From a virus: a DNA stretch of 64,000 bases. A program made the position numbers and the translations under genes. Positions 39,556 through 49,803 of the stretch are shown in pieces. The notes beneath the pieces were generated by a model. That model saw nothing but the letters and a program-made list of their open reading frames with translations, did not search any database and had not been told where the DNA came from. The stretch covers positions 32,001 to 96,000 of the IMG/VR virus record IMGVR_UViG_3300034082_001419; one strand, 5' to 3'. Position 1 is the stretch's first letter. The number at the start of each line of letters is the position of its first letter.

Positions 39556-42309
39556 TTATTTCTTCTTATTATCTGTTTTACTTTTTGTATCAAACTTGTT
39601 CTTATTTTCTCTAGCAATCTGTAATTGTTTATCTGCTATAGACTGTTGAACTTGTAGTTTTTCTCTTTCAAGTTGATTCTTTTGACCATCTGCAGACATA
39701 CGGTTAGACTCTTTTTGTCTTTCTAAACTCATTTGACTAGTAAATTGTTCAGACTTTTGTATATCTCTCATACTATCAGTAAAGTCTGACATTTGATTTT
39801 GATTAATATCTTGAGTAGCACCAAATCCTGCAGCTCTAATTTCAGCAACAAGTATATCTCTTTGTCTATCTTTCTCTGCTCTCATATCTGCACCCTCAGC
39901 TTTAAGTTTTTCTTCTTGAGCTTTAGCCTGTAATGCTTGATCTTGCATTTGTTGTTGATGTTGCATTTCTTGATCTTTCTGAGCTTTAATTTTAGCTTCA
40001 GAATCTTTAAGCACTGTATTTAACTCAGCAATACTTTCTGATTGTACTAATTTACCTAAGTCATATATTGATGCACCAGTAGTATTATTGTTTAATGCCA
40101 TACCTTTTAACTGCTCAAGTACTGCTCTATAGTTTGCTTTAGTTGTAGCAAATATATTCAAGTCTCTCATAAGTAAATCTGTTCCATTAATCTGGAAGTT
40201 TACTTTCTCATCTGCTGCTGTAACATAAGTTAATCTTGCAGAAGGTTTTGTTGAGTGATAGAATTGAGCTAAGTCAGTTCTCATTTGATGTACTCTTGGC
40301 ATTAAGTAATCAGAGTGTTGCATAAAGTACATTTCAGTCTGTGCATATGATGCTCCTACTGCTTGTTCAACGCCTGTTGCAGTTTGTTGAGAAAGTTGTT
40401 GACCCATTCTTTGTGGATTAATACCTATAACTTCATATGCTTGTTGTTTCATATATGTAGCTAACTGTATTCTTGACATTAACCTTGATGTTTGTTCAAG
40501 GTCTAATTTTTGAAAGTGCTGAAAGTTTAATGCATTCTCTGTATTAGTTATAGATGTATCTAATGGTAACATCTGGAAGTTCTTCATAGCTACATAAGCT
40601 TTAGCTAAGTTGTTCTTACCCCAGTCTTCACCCATTGAGTGTCTTGGTAATGCATTCTGATCTAGTAGTATTACTGTACCTAGTTCGTCAACAAGGATAT
40701 CCGCTATTTGATTGTTTACTATATTGTATCCTATCTGAAATGGTTTCATTAAATCAATCAATGCTGTAGACTTAGTATTTCTATCTGAGAATACTGCACC
40801 CTCTACTGGTAACTTACAACCATATATAGAGTTATCTCCTTTAAATTGAAATCTTAATGGACCTATGTTTTGTTTATCTATACCAATATATAGTGGCGTA
40901 AATCCACCTGGATTATTCATACCCCAGAATGATGGAATATTTGGTCCAACTTTTATACCTCCCCATACTTCATTAATCCATATCCAATCAATGTGCTCTC
41001 CATATACTAAATTGTCTTTAGTCTTGTTCTTGAAGAGTCTTGTATCATATATTGGATTATCAGTTACTTTATAGTCTTCAGTTACTATTTCAGTTATTAC
41101 TTCACCTGAGTCAGTAATTTTAGTTAAGTGACCTACTTTTCTTTGAGATTTCCAGTATCCTGTAGTTACTCTCAATAAGTATGCAGTACCTTGGTCATAA
41201 TAATCTTCACCTTCTCTTAAAATATAATTGATTATATCTCCACTGTTAAAGATATTATTAGCTGCAGCTGTAGAGTATTGACGCATACCTAATGAAGGCA
41301 TATTAGTATTCCAGTCATGAGACTTAGTAGCATCATAAAAAGATCCGTCATTCTGTACACCACCAATATTATATCCTGCAGATCTAATTGGATAGATAGC
41401 TTCTAATGATGCCATCTGATCCTCATTCATCATATACCCATACTTATCAATAACATCAGCTACTGTTAGCATGTCTGTTTTACCAACCCAGTTAGATTGA
41501 GATATATATCTAGCATCAGGAGATTTGTGATAGAATGTAAGTACAGGATTCCATAATTCAACATCATAATCATCTTCCATCATACGCATATGCCAGAACT
41601 CTCTATCTGTAATAAGCATATCTCTGAATCCTCTTTCTTCTAACTCATCCATTCTAAATCTTTCAACATCAACTTCATGTTGGTGAGTAGCCCACTGTTC
41701 AACCATTGATCTGTAATCCTTTTTAAAGAATTGTTCAATCTCAGGTAATGATTTAAGTTTATCAGGATTTAATTGTTGTTGTGCTTCTTCAGATTCAGGA
41801 TCAAGACCTTGTTCTACCATTGCTGCAATAATCTTCATGCTTGCATCAGACATAAGCACATCTTCTACCATTTGTCTTTTTTGCTCCATCATCTCATTAT
41901 AAGATCCTTCATCAACTGCACGGTATGATAACTTACTTGATCTTTTAGCAAACTCAGCTACAAGAACATTAATAACATTTGGGATGATAGGATAAAACTT
42001 TAACTCAAGTGCAGATGCATCTTCTTTAGTAAGAGTTTCAATTATATCTCTATAATCATTATCTTCTTCAACTATATAATCAGATTTATCTATAACACCT
42101 TTTGCTAATTTGTAGTTCTTCATTAACCTACGGGCATTTCTTTTAATCTGTTTAAGACCATTCCACTCTAACCAGTCAAGATTCCAAGCAGCCCACTTAT
42201 CATCCTTTTCTTTTTTAGGTATAAATTGTAAAGGTTGAGTTATACTACCTAATCTATTGTGTTCTGTTTTGGCACCCTTTTTTAATTGTAAACTGTTATA
42301 TACTTGCAT
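39556..42309 (-). CDS. Portal protein, 917 aa
   Basis: Follows terminase; FYPIIPNVINVL..E, WINEVW.G.K, SLIDLMKP.Q..YN-like motifs; Q-rich coiled-coil C-terminus. Confidence 0.88.
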   Translation of the reverse strand: MQVYNSLQLKKGAKTEHNRLGSITQPLQFIPKKEKDDKWAAWNLDWLEWNGLKQIKRNARRLMKNYKLAKGVIDKSDYIVEEDNDYRDIIETLTKEDASALELKFYPIIPNVINVLVAEFAKRSSKLSYRAVDEGSYNEMMEQKRQMVEDVLMSDASMKIIAAMVEQGLDPESEEAQQQLNPDKLKSLPEIEQFFKKDYRSMVEQWATHQHEVDVERFRMDELEERGFRDMLITDREFWHMRMMEDDYDVELWNPVLTFYHKSPDARYISQSNWVGKTDMLTVADVIDKYGYMMNEDQMASLEAIYPIRSAGYNIGGVQNDGSFYDATKSHDWNTNMPSLGMRQYSTAAANNIFNSGDIINYILREGEDYYDQGTAYLLRVTTGYWKSQRKVGHLTKITDSGEVITEIVTEDYKVTDNPIYDTRLFKNKTKDNLVYGEHIDWIWINEVWGGIKVGPNIPSFWGMNNPGGFTPLYIGIDKQNIGPLRFQFKGDNSIYGCKLPVEGAVFSDRNTKSTALIDLMKPFQIGYNIVNNQIADILVDELGTVILLDQNALPRHSMGEDWGKNNLAKAYVAMKNFQMLPLDTSITNTENALNFQHFQKLDLEQTSRLMSRIQLATYMKQQAYEVIGINPQRMGQQLSQQTATGVEQAVGASYAQTEMYFMQHSDYLMPRVHQMRTDLAQFYHSTKPSARLTYVTAADEKVNFQINGTDLLMRDLNIFATTKANYRAVLEQLKGMALNNNTTGASIYDLGKLVQSESIAELNTVLKDSEAKIKAQKDQEMQHQQQMQDQALQAKAQEEKLKAEGADMRAEKDRQRDILVAEIRAAGFGATQDINQNQMSDFTDSMRDIQKSEQFTSQMSLERQKESNRMSADGQKNQLEREKLQVQQSIADKQLQIARENKNKFDTKSKTDNKKK

Positions 42310-42315
42310 ATCTTT

Positions 42316-44520
42316 TTATTTTAAATTTTTAAATGGTGACCTGTTTAATTTTTTATTTTCACCCAATCCACTTCTACCCATATGTCTAAAAGGACTACTC
42401 TTTAAGGTATATAAATTTTTTTGATTTTCCAACTTTTTACTTGCATCATCCATCACTACTCTTTTAGCATAACCTATATTTGCTTGCTGTATTTTAACAA
42501 AAGATACCAGTGCAGCAAAAGCTACAAGTCTATCCACGTTGACACCATCCTGATAAGCTTGCATTTCTTTAAGTAACATGATGTCTGGTATACGTTCAAC
42601 ACCATAGTTTATCTTTACTGTAGTACCATCATCTTTTTGTATATGATCTATTTCTTCTGTAAGATAGTCAATAGTATAACTAATCATGTGATTTTTAAAT
42701 AATGTTCCCGTATTTCTCCAACCATACTCCTGGAATACGTTAGCATTTGCACCTACATCTTTTAAAAATACTATCTGATTTCTTGGTACCAAGTATCTTT
42801 GTTTTTTTCTAGCTAACATATGATTGATAAACTGAGAGATATTATTCTCAACAATTGTAAAGGCATTATACCATTCAATTATAAGTTCAAGTCTTTCATG
42901 TGTTTTATTTATATCATCAAATCTACCACACCAAGCAGCTACAATCTTATCTCTTTCTATAAAAGTCTCTGCTTCACCATTAGTAACTTTAGTCACTTCA
43001 ACCGGTGCTTTCATTACATATATAGAACATAGTGATTCTGAGGTAGTTGTCTTACCCTCTGCAACAGGGTCAATTGATGCATAGTACATTCCATATGTAG
43101 GATCAGGTACTGGTCTTTCCCATACTACTAATGTACCTGTTTTATCTTCTGTCTTTTTAGATATAGGAAACTCTGCAATAGGTAATTTACTTGTACCTTT
43201 TACTTTTACTTTACCTGTTTCATCTCTTGATATATCTAAATATTCTGAAGAGTATTCTTTTTCTTCAATTCTTCTTAATTGTGCATTAACTAAATGAGGA
43301 GGAAACTTAGATGCTTTTCTAAATGCAAATGCCTCTTCTATATTTCTTGGATGCTGTGATACTTCAAGTTGATAATCTTTAGCTTCCTTATTTTTCTTTA
43401 TCTCAGCAAAGTATTCATCAAGTGCAATCAGTGCTTCTTTTACAAGACTATTACCATAGTCATCTATGTATGGAGGCATTGACCATTGTTCAGGAATAAA
43501 TAATCCTGATTTACCCCATGTATTTTCTTTATCAATTAGATTAGTCTCTACTGCGTATATATCATTGCTATTAGGATCAAGTATCATTTTCTTTAATGGC
43601 TCACATTGATCCAAATCTCCAACTGATCCTGCTGCTATAAACATACCAGTAGTCATCATCCCTGATTTAAGTGCTGGTTTAATATATCCAAATGTAGTAT
43701 CCATCTTAGGAGCAATACCAGCTTCCTCATGAAAGAAGAACTTAACCGGTCCCCCTACACCATTTGTTGGATCTTTCTCAAAAGACATACCTTGCATAGT
43801 ACCTTTTAAACCTGCTTCAGTTTTTCTATCTCCTCTTCTGACTTCAATCTTTTGTTGCCACATCATGACCTTGTCTGGAGACATAGGTCTATACCATGCC
43901 GTGTGCTCATTTAAGAATGCTGCATATTCAGATAAGAATTTCCATGTACCTTTTTCATTAATGTAATCTTTTAGGGAGGCACCCATCTTTAAAGTAACCC
44001 CTGCTTCAAACCATAACTGATTAATAAGCTTACCTGCATGAAAGTATGAAGATGCTATCTGACGTTTTTTAAGAATAGCTACGTGCATGTAGTTTACTTC
44101 TGCAAGTATTTCATACATGGCCATATGATATTGAGCATCTCTGATTTTTGCAAATCCAAAGTTCTGCTCCTCCTTATCAAAGATAGGTAAGAAATTTAAC
44201 CACATGTAATAATCTCTTGTGAGGAACCAAGTCTTATTACCATTCTTAACAATTACACCTAATCTACACTTAGCTTTTTGATCATCCCAGTAATTAATAA
44301 AATCCTTAGATTTAAATGGTGCAACACAGTATACCTTGTCTTTATTAAATTTAGTTGACTCAGCATTAAATATCTTATTAGTTACTTCATCAAATTCATA
44401 TAAACCTGGTTCTTTAAATATTGAGAATAAAAAGTCACCAAAATCTTTTCTACTATCAAAAGATGTAGTAGTCCAAGTACCATTATCCCAAGTTGGTATA
44501 TCTGAATATATATTTTCCAT
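42316..44520 (-). CDS. terL: Terminase large subunit, 734 aa
   Basis: Walker A variant ILKKRQIASSY, Walker B FFFHEEAG, nuclease YYASIDP, IVENN, NVDRLVA. Confidence 0.92.
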   Translation of the reverse strand: MENIYSDIPTWDNGTWTTTSFDSRKDFGDFLFSIFKEPGLYEFDEVTNKIFNAESTKFNKDKVYCVAPFKSKDFINYWDDQKAKCRLGVIVKNGNKTWFLTRDYYMWLNFLPIFDKEEQNFGFAKIRDAQYHMAMYEILAEVNYMHVAILKKRQIASSYFHAGKLINQLWFEAGVTLKMGASLKDYINEKGTWKFLSEYAAFLNEHTAWYRPMSPDKVMMWQQKIEVRRGDRKTEAGLKGTMQGMSFEKDPTNGVGGPVKFFFHEEAGIAPKMDTTFGYIKPALKSGMMTTGMFIAAGSVGDLDQCEPLKKMILDPNSNDIYAVETNLIDKENTWGKSGLFIPEQWSMPPYIDDYGNSLVKEALIALDEYFAEIKKNKEAKDYQLEVSQHPRNIEEAFAFRKASKFPPHLVNAQLRRIEEKEYSSEYLDISRDETGKVKVKGTSKLPIAEFPISKKTEDKTGTLVVWERPVPDPTYGMYYASIDPVAEGKTTTSESLCSIYVMKAPVEVTKVTNGEAETFIERDKIVAAWCGRFDDINKTHERLELIIEWYNAFTIVENNISQFINHMLARKKQRYLVPRNQIVFLKDVGANANVFQEYGWRNTGTLFKNHMISYTIDYLTEEIDHIQKDDGTTVKINYGVERIPDIMLLKEMQAYQDGVNVDRLVAFAALVSFVKIQQANIGYAKRVVMDDASKKLENQKNLYTLKSSPFRHMGRSGLGENKKLNRSPFKNLK

Positions 44521-44528
44521 ATAATTAA

Positions 44529-45044
44529 TTATTGATCATAAGCCATACCAATTCCTCCTCTTACTTTACTGGATTGCTCATCCTGTAGATCTTTATATAC
44601 ACCTTTAAATGAAGCTCTAATCTGATCAAAGTTTTTAGCTGCAGCAACTAATGCATTTATATTACCATCTCTTCCATCAGTAATCTGTGTAGTTTCCATG
44701 TATCTTCCTAATCTATCTATCATAGATGAGATACCTTTGTATGCTCTTGATGTAGCAGTACTGTACATATCTTCACAGAATTTTAAAGCAAGTCTTATTG
44801 CTTGATCCTCTAAAGAGAAATCAGCTTCTATCTCAGATAAAATAATATCCTCTTTATCTATCTCAGGAGTATGAAAGAATGGATTAGAATCAGGATTAGG
44901 ACATGTCATATAGAACAAGTACTGATATATCTTAAGATAGTTATCAGGATACTTATCCATTAAGTTCTTTAAAGTTGATAAAGTGTAACAGTGTTCTGTT
45001 GGTACTACAACACCATTCTGTATATCAAATAGTTTAGTGTACAT
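44529..45044 (-). CDS. Helical protein upstream of terL (terminase small subunit candidate), 171 aa
   Basis: Position and size only. Confidence 0.45.
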   Translation of the reverse strand: MYTKLFDIQNGVVVPTEHCYTLSTLKNLMDKYPDNYLKIYQYLFYMTCPNPDSNPFFHTPEIDKEDIILSEIEADFSLEDQAIRLALKFCEDMYSTATSRAYKGISSMIDRLGRYMETTQITDGRDGNINALVAAAKNFDQIRASFKGVYKDLQDEQSSKVRGGIGMAYDQ

Positions 45045-45291
45045 TTTTTTCAGTTTTAGATTTAATAAATATTGCTAAAAATTCTTCATATGGAGTATCT
45101 ATGCAATATGTAGTACCCATGTCTGTATATAGTACCGTGTATTCTTCAGGTTCACTATCATTATTTACTGATTGTCTTATACTAACAATATAATCTAAGT
45201 CAATACACGTAGGTACAAACACCAAGTGCTCAGATCCAGTTATTTCATTTAGTCTTGTATTCTCTAATACACCGTTACAAACATGTACCAT
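45034..45291 (-). CDS. Hypothetical protein, 85 aa
   Basis: ORF track; tightly packed with neighbours. Confidence 0.6.
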   Translation of the reverse strand: MVHVCNGVLENTRLNEITGSEHLVFVPTCIDLDYIVSIRQSVNNDSEPEEYTVLYTDMGTTYCIDTPYEEFLAIFIKSKTEKNVH

Positions 45292-45292
45292 A

Positions 45293-46099
45293 TTATAAAT
45301 TTTTTAAAATTGCTATTACTTCTTCTTTTAAATAAGGCATCTCCATTGGTATAACTTGTTTAATAACAGGATCACCATTATCATCATACTTAGTAATTGG
45401 GTACCCATATTCATCTTCACCTTCTAAATCAAATGTAACATGATGTATAAACATTTTACCCGGTCTTAACTTTGGATTATGCTTTAACATAATATACATA
45501 TAGATACTTAATTGTAATGCATAGTGATTAAAGTTGCAGTCATCTAAATGTGATACTGGAGCAAGTAGTTTATCACTTATTCCATCCCAGTCTTTATATG
45601 ACTGTGTATCAATCTTCTTATTAGTCTTGTAATCAATAATGTTTATTTTATCATTAACTACTTCAACTAAATCTGACTGACCACAAACACCTACGGATTT
45701 TAAAAATACCATGTGCTCAGGATATACGCCTGGTTCAAGTTTTTGAGAAGGTGCATGCTTTAAATTATTAATTTCAGGTACAGGAGGTATGATAGGTATT
45801 ATAACACCATCAACTTCTAATGATGATAAACCACATAAGTCTGCTTCTCTTTGATTATGATAATAAGTACCAAGTGTTGTAGCTCTTAAACCTTCACTAT
45901 CCCATATCTTAATTATCTCTTCAGGTTTAATACCATACCATTTAGATTTCTTATTCTTAGAAACCTTTTTAGCTACACCTTCTTTATCAAAGTGTTTTTT
46001 AAACTTAGCTATTAAACTTGTTACACTAGTCCATTTGATTTGTTCTTCACCCTCAATACTAGTATAACTATGATCATCTGCTTTAAATACTATACTCAT
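45293..46099 (-). CDS. PD-(D/E)XK (RecB/Cas4-like) nuclease, 268 aa
   Basis: SVT, GTYYH, E...CGQSDLV...IIDYKTN...YALQLSIY. Confidence 0.88.
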   Translation of the reverse strand: MSIVFKADDHSYTSIEGEEQIKWTSVTSLIAKFKKHFDKEGVAKKVSKNKKSKWYGIKPEEIIKIWDSEGLRATTLGTYYHNQREADLCGLSSLEVDGVIIPIIPPVPEINNLKHAPSQKLEPGVYPEHMVFLKSVGVCGQSDLVEVVNDKINIIDYKTNKKIDTQSYKDWDGISDKLLAPVSHLDDCNFNHYALQLSIYMYIMLKHNPKLRPGKMFIHHVTFDLEGEDEYGYPITKYDDNGDPVIKQVIPMEMPYLKEEVIAILKNL

Positions 46100-46422
46100 G
46101 CTGTCTCAAGATTATCAATTATTTCTTTAGCTAATATTACAGATGCTTCATCATTTGACATCAACATCTTTTTTAAATTCTCACACTCTTCTGAATCTAG
46201 TTTATTCTCAAGTTGAATAATGCGTATACTTTGCTTATACATTTTTAACTCAAGTTTATCTATATATGTTGTAGTACTAATATTACTACCACCCATTGCA
46301 AATTTAGTTGATGTAGTAGTAAGTGTACTACCTAAATCCATACCATTACTACCCATATGAGTAGGATTAGATACATAAAGACCTTGTGCAGTTGTTAAAT
46401 GTGTATTAGTTCCCATACTCAT
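46096..46422 (-). CDS. Hypothetical protein, 108 aa
   Basis: ORF track; ATGA overlaps with neighbours. Confidence 0.55.
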   Translation of the reverse strand: MSMGTNTHLTTAQGLYVSNPTHMGSNGMDLGSTLTTTSTKFAMGGSNISTTTYIDKLELKMYKQSIRIIQLENKLDSEECENLKKMLMSNDEASVILAKEIIDNLETA

Positions 46423-46718
46423 AATAAATTAAGTTTATCTTCTTCTTCCTCTGTAAGTACTGCATACCATCTTTTATCTGGACACTCAGCAGATAGTGCT
46501 CTTAACTTAAATGATAATGAGCATCCACATAAATTACAACATGGTTGTGTACCTGGTACAACACATGATGATCCCTCATCATCTTTTCTCACACATGCAT
46601 TGCATATCTCTCTTCTTTGTGCAGCTACTTCCTCTACAAATTTATCTCTTATTAGGGCATTCTTTACACCCTCCATGATTTGCTTTCTATTCTTCCAAAT
46701 CTTTCCCAGCTTTCCCAT
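46419..46718 (-). CDS. Small putative Zn-binding protein, 99 aa
   Basis: ICNAC...CCNLCGC...ECP..RW. Confidence 0.65.
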   Translation of the reverse strand: MGKLGKIWKNRKQIMEGVKNALIRDKFVEEVAAQRREICNACVRKDDEGSSCVVPGTQPCCNLCGCSLSFKLRALSAECPDKRWYAVLTEEEEDKLNLL

Positions 46719-47076
46719 CTGCTTTTTCTTTTAAAAATTTATCCTTTACTTCTTTGTCTGCATCTAATAACTTTTTAGTTTTCTCTAATAATTCAACTTT
46801 ACCTTCTATTCTTTTTTTATAATGGTAGTTATCCATTGTATCTGTATTCAACTTACTAAGTTTGCTTTTGTATTTATCAATTAAGCCATCAACTGTTTTA
46901 GGTTTAACTGCCATAACACCTAAGCCATCTATATTGATCTTAGTATAATTTAACTCAGATAAATTTTTTCTTACTTCTTTATAATAAAAAGTCATAAAAT
47001 TATCTACAAGTGCTTCTGATATATTCATCTCTTCAGCTACCTGTTTATATAATATGTTAGGTTTTTTTGGAATCAT
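46687..47076 (-). CDS. HU/IHF-like basic protein, 129 aa
   Basis: VAEEMNIS...VD...KINIDGLGVM resembles HU N-terminal helices and the I.G.G strand. Confidence 0.55.
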   Translation of the reverse strand: MIPKKPNILYKQVAEEMNISEALVDNFMTFYYKEVRKNLSELNYTKINIDGLGVMAVKPKTVDGLIDKYKSKLSKLNTDTMDNYHYKKRIEGKVELLEKTKKLLDADKEVKDKFLKEKADGKAGKDLEE

Positions 47077-47435
47077 CTACCTAAAAATTTATAGTCTAAT
47101 AATATATCTCCTTCTGTTTGCACTTTTAAATTAGGATTTAATTTAATGATTTTTTTATCACTATCATCTTTTATCACTAACATATTTTTCATTGCTTTAT
47201 TAACTGCATTTCTAACAGTCTGTGGAGATTTAAATATCATCTGCTCATCTGATGAAGCATCATAACAAAAATGAGTTAATTCTATTGGTCCTGTCATACT
47301 TAATAATGTTAAACAGTTTAAGTCAGATTCACTCACTACTATACGGTTAATATAGCAGTGAGATAGTATCTGAAATTTAACAATTTCCCATTTAGGCATT
47401 ACAGCACGTTTCTGTACTTGATTTACTAATGCCAT
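47073..47435 (-). CDS. Hypothetical protein, possible winged-helix DNA binder, 120 aa
   Basis: SPQTVRNAVNKAMKNMLVIK...KLNP resembles a wHTH recognition helix and wing. Confidence 0.45.
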   Translation of the reverse strand: MALVNQVQKRAVMPKWEIVKFQILSHCYINRIVVSESDLNCLTLLSMTGPIELTHFCYDASSDEQMIFKSPQTVRNAVNKAMKNMLVIKDDSDKKIIKLNPNLKVQTEGDILLDYKFLGR

Positions 47436-47441
47436 AACTTA

Positions 47442-47693
47442 TTATTGTTTAACTGGTTCTTTATCTTCAGTAGGTTGCTCTTGTTGGTTTTGCTCCATCA
47501 TTGCATACTGATACTGGATTGTAGTTCTTTTGAATCTTGCTTCATCTATTTCACACAATGTTTTTTCATATTCTGCTTGTGCTTTTAAATAAGGTAATGA
47601 CTCAGTGTAGAATTTTAGCATCTGCTCTTTTTTCTCAGCTAATTCTTCTGCTGTTAACTCTACTTCTTGCTCTTGTTGGTTTACATTTTCCAT
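47442..47693 (-). CDS. Small acidic coiled-coil protein, about 83 aa
   Basis: Start moved to MENVNQQ because the longer ORF start overlaps the promoter-like TATATTTG. Confidence 0.6.
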   Translation of the reverse strand: MENVNQQEQEVELTAEELAEKKEQMLKFYTESLPYLKAQAEYEKTLCEIDEARFKRTTIQYQYAMMEQNQQEQPTEDKEPVKQ

Positions 47694-47715
47694 TTTATAT
47701 AAATTTATGTTTACA

Positions 47716-47724
47716 CAAATATAC
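47716..47724 (-). promoter_or_regulatory. Bacteroidota-type -7 promoter element (GTATATTTG)
   Basis: Matches TAnnTTTG; lies between a terminator and the start of the packaging gene block. Confidence 0.55.
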
Positions 47725-47754
47725 AAAATAAGTTTAAACTTTAATTATTTAAAC

Positions 47755-47784
47755 AAAAAAACTCAGACTTATAAGGCCTGAGTT
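47755..47784 (-). terminator. Rho-independent terminator after lysis cassette
   Basis: Stem AACTCAG/CTGAGTT with minus-strand U-tract. Confidence 0.7.
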
Positions 47785-47805
47785 AAATCTATATTATGGA
47801 AGGTG

Positions 47806-47964
47806 TTATCTATTTTTAATAGTAAAGTTTAGTATAGTTAACATATAAAATGTTCTGTCTATATCTACTTCAATTGAGAGTAGATCTATAGCACCAAGTC
47901 TTAATCTTAAACAAATCTTATCCCATTGTTTATTCTTAGATTTCCAAGAGTTTCTGTATTTCAT
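47806..47964 (-). CDS. Small protein, 52 aa (below ORF-track cutoff)
   Basis: MKYRNSWKSKNKQWDKICLRLRLGAIDLLSIEVDIDRTFYMLTILNFTIKNR; starts 3 nt after the endolysin stop. Confidence 0.65.
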   Translation of the reverse strand: MKYRNSWKSKNKQWDKICLRLRLGAIDLLSIEVDIDRTFYMLTILNFTIKNR

Positions 47965-47967
47965 AAT

Positions 47968-48435
47968 TTATAATTTAATCTCAAAATGCATCCAATCATA
48001 ATCCTTTTCTACACCTAATGATATAAAACCATGCTTGTAAAATATATCAATCATTGGTTTATACTCAGGTCTTGCAAATCTAGCAGTACGTTTAGTTTCT
48101 TTAAGTGTGTTTCTTGCAGGATCTAAATCAATAGCAATACCCCAAGCATGCTTTGACCATGATGAACCACCTCTCATTTTACGGTAATTAAATACTCCTC
48201 CGTATAAATCAATTCCAAGTTCTTTAATCTTAGCAAGACCGTAGTGAGCTAAAATATCTGTAAATACAGCTTTTAAATTAGGTGCAATAAGTTTATGACA
48301 TCTTACTTTAGAAGTTGTACTATCAGTATCCCATGCAATTCTTAATGGATATGGACATAGAACTGTTTCTAAATATCCAGCACCAGTTTCATTTGGTGTA
48401 CCATATTTTTTTGTTGCTTGCTGTGTTGTTAACAT
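47968..48435 (-). CDS. Endolysin, peptidase M15 family, 155 aa
   Basis: R...[10 protein letters not shown]...DWMHFE zinc-ligand pattern. Confidence 0.9.
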   Translation of the reverse strand: MLTTQQATKKYGTPNETGAGYLETVLCPYPLRIAWDTDSTTSKVRCHKLIAPNLKAVFTDILAHYGLAKIKELGIDLYGGVFNYRKMRGGSSWSKHAWGIAIDLDPARNTLKETKRTARFARPEYKPMIDIFYKHGFISLGVEKDYDWMHFEIKL

Positions 48436-48450
48436 ATTCTTATTTATTAA

Positions 48451-48942
48451 TTAAATAACTACTTCATAAAAGAAATTAGTTTTACACCAATCATAAAGAT
48501 CTTGAGGTGAAAACTTGTATGCTTTTTCTACTCCATATACCCAAGCTACATATTCAGAACAATACATTTTCTTTTCTGTATCTCCTTTTTCAACCCATCT
48601 ATGAGTTAATAACTCAATTGGTTGTCTTACAAGTAAACCTTCAAAGTCATATGCTGTAGTTCCTACTTTAGTAAGAGCACGTTGAGCAAATGTTTTCTCA
48701 TTAACAAGATCACTAGATCTATGAACTGTTATTTCATAATCATATTTCTTTTGCCAATCATTCCAAGGTCTTACATTAACTCCATCATTCTGAGCATCTA
48801 TTACATATGGTTGTCCCCATATCTCTATAAATAGTGCGGTATGACTAAATTTAGATCTTGTTGCCTTTTTAATTAATCTACTGATTAATCTTTTTCCACT
48901 ACAGTGTAGTATGTCTCCTGTTTTTAATGCTGTTGGATTCAT
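48451..48942 (-). CDS. Permuted papain-like amidase (YiiX/YaeF, NlpC/P60 superfamily), 163 aa
   Basis: LKTGDIL...FSHTAL...YDF...MYCSEYV: His before Cys. Confidence 0.88.
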   Translation of the reverse strand: MNPTALKTGDILHCSGKRLISRLIKKATRSKFSHTALFIEIWGQPYVIDAQNDGVNVRPWNDWQKKYDYEITVHRSSDLVNEKTFAQRALTKVGTTAYDFEGLLVRQPIELLTHRWVEKGDTEKKMYCSEYVAWVYGVEKAYKFSPQDLYDWCKTNFFYEVVI

Positions 48943-49256
48943 TATTTGTTTTGTTTAATTTGAAATGTTACAAGCTCACCTACAGTATCAGATAGTTTTC
49001 CTATTTGTGATGCCATATTCTTGATCTCTTGTTGAGTCACTTCTTGAATTAACTGATACTTTAGTCTATGTTCTTGTTCAAGTAATTCTAATTTACCTTT
49101 TAATCTACCATGATCTTCTCTATGTGCGTGGAAGTCATCTTTAAGTTCTTCTAGACCTGTAGTAATATTATTGTAAGAAGTCTTTAAGAAAAAACTTATT
49201 AAACCTATTACAGATCCTGCTACAAATAATATTATAGTTAATGTTGTTGAGTTCAT
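48942..49256 (-). CDS. Single-TM coiled-coil membrane protein (lysis accessory candidate), 104 aa
   Basis: N-terminal hydrophobic IILFVAGSVIGLISFFL then heptad-rich region. Confidence 0.55.
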   Translation of the reverse strand: MNSTTLTIILFVAGSVIGLISFFLKTSYNNITTGLEELKDDFHAHREDHGRLKGKLELLEQEHRLKYQLIQEVTQQEIKNMASQIGKLSDTVGELVTFQIKQNK

Positions 49257-49284
49257 GTCTTATTGTTTTATAAATATATACATA

Positions 49285-49292
49285 TAATATAC
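49285..49292 (-). promoter_or_regulatory. Putative phage promoter element GTATATTA
   Basis: Intergenic copy of the repeated octamer. Confidence 0.55.
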
Positions 49293-49333
49293 AAAAATAA
49301 ATAATAGTACCCTACTAATTCTTTAGTTAAATT

Positions 49334-49561
49334 CTATTTTTCAACTGTTAGTTGTGCCAACGTTGCAGTAACAGAACCCGCTAATAATAAATATCCACTT
49401 AATGTAACTAATGCTGCAGGTAATGCAATAGGTGCAGCAACTATAACTCCACCAATAGCACCAGCTATCACACCTATTCTTTGTACTTTTTTCCAAAAGG
49501 TTGGTGTCTTACCACTCCATCTTGTTTTTAATTCTGTTGCTGTTGTTTTTATCTTTTTCAT
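49334..49561 (-). CDS. Holin-like two-TM protein, 75 aa
   Basis: Basic N-terminus, TPTFWKK, two hydrophobic segments; upstream of endolysin. Confidence 0.65.
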   Translation of the reverse strand: MKKIKTTATELKTRWSGKTPTFWKKVQRIGVIAGAIGGVIVAAPIALPAALVTLSGYLLLAGSVTATLAQLTVEK

Positions 49562-49800
49562 AATTCAAATTGATTTCTTATTTCTATTGGTACATTATCC
49601 ATTTGTTGAAACTCAGCAAATAACAATGGTGTCATTTCAGTAATAAAAGCTGGCGTTTCTGTATTTGCTACAACTTCATTTTCAAAAGTTCTATATGTTG
49701 CTATATAGTTTTCTATTAATGGACTTGAAGGCTTTAAACAAACATTTGCTTCTAAGTCATCTTCTATAATCATTGATGATACTAGTATAAATTTTTCCAT
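49558..49800 (-). CDS. Small acidic protein (fibre partner candidate), 80 aa
   Basis: Follows fibre-like gene. Confidence 0.5.
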   Translation of the reverse strand: MEKFILVSSMIIEDDLEANVCLKPSSPLIENYIATYRTFENEVVANTETPAFITEMTPLLFAEFQQMDNVPIEIRNQFEL

Positions 49801-49803
49801 ATC

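Noticed and set aside
42316-44520. Intein or intron in terminase, portal or capsid genes
   Set aside because: ORFs are continuous, of ordinary size, with no splice-junction or homing-endonuclease motifs noticed.
45293-46099. Cas4 / CRISPR system
   Set aside because: No repeat-spacer array or other cas genes seen, and the four-Cys Fe-S pattern of Cas4 is absent.
38472-47682. Further TTGTTGGTTT matches (approx. 38473, 47481, 47673) as small-RNA targets
   Set aside because: They fall inside coding sequence (KPTN, QNQQ, VNQQ) and can be explained by codon content, although the 47673 copy is close to a start codon.
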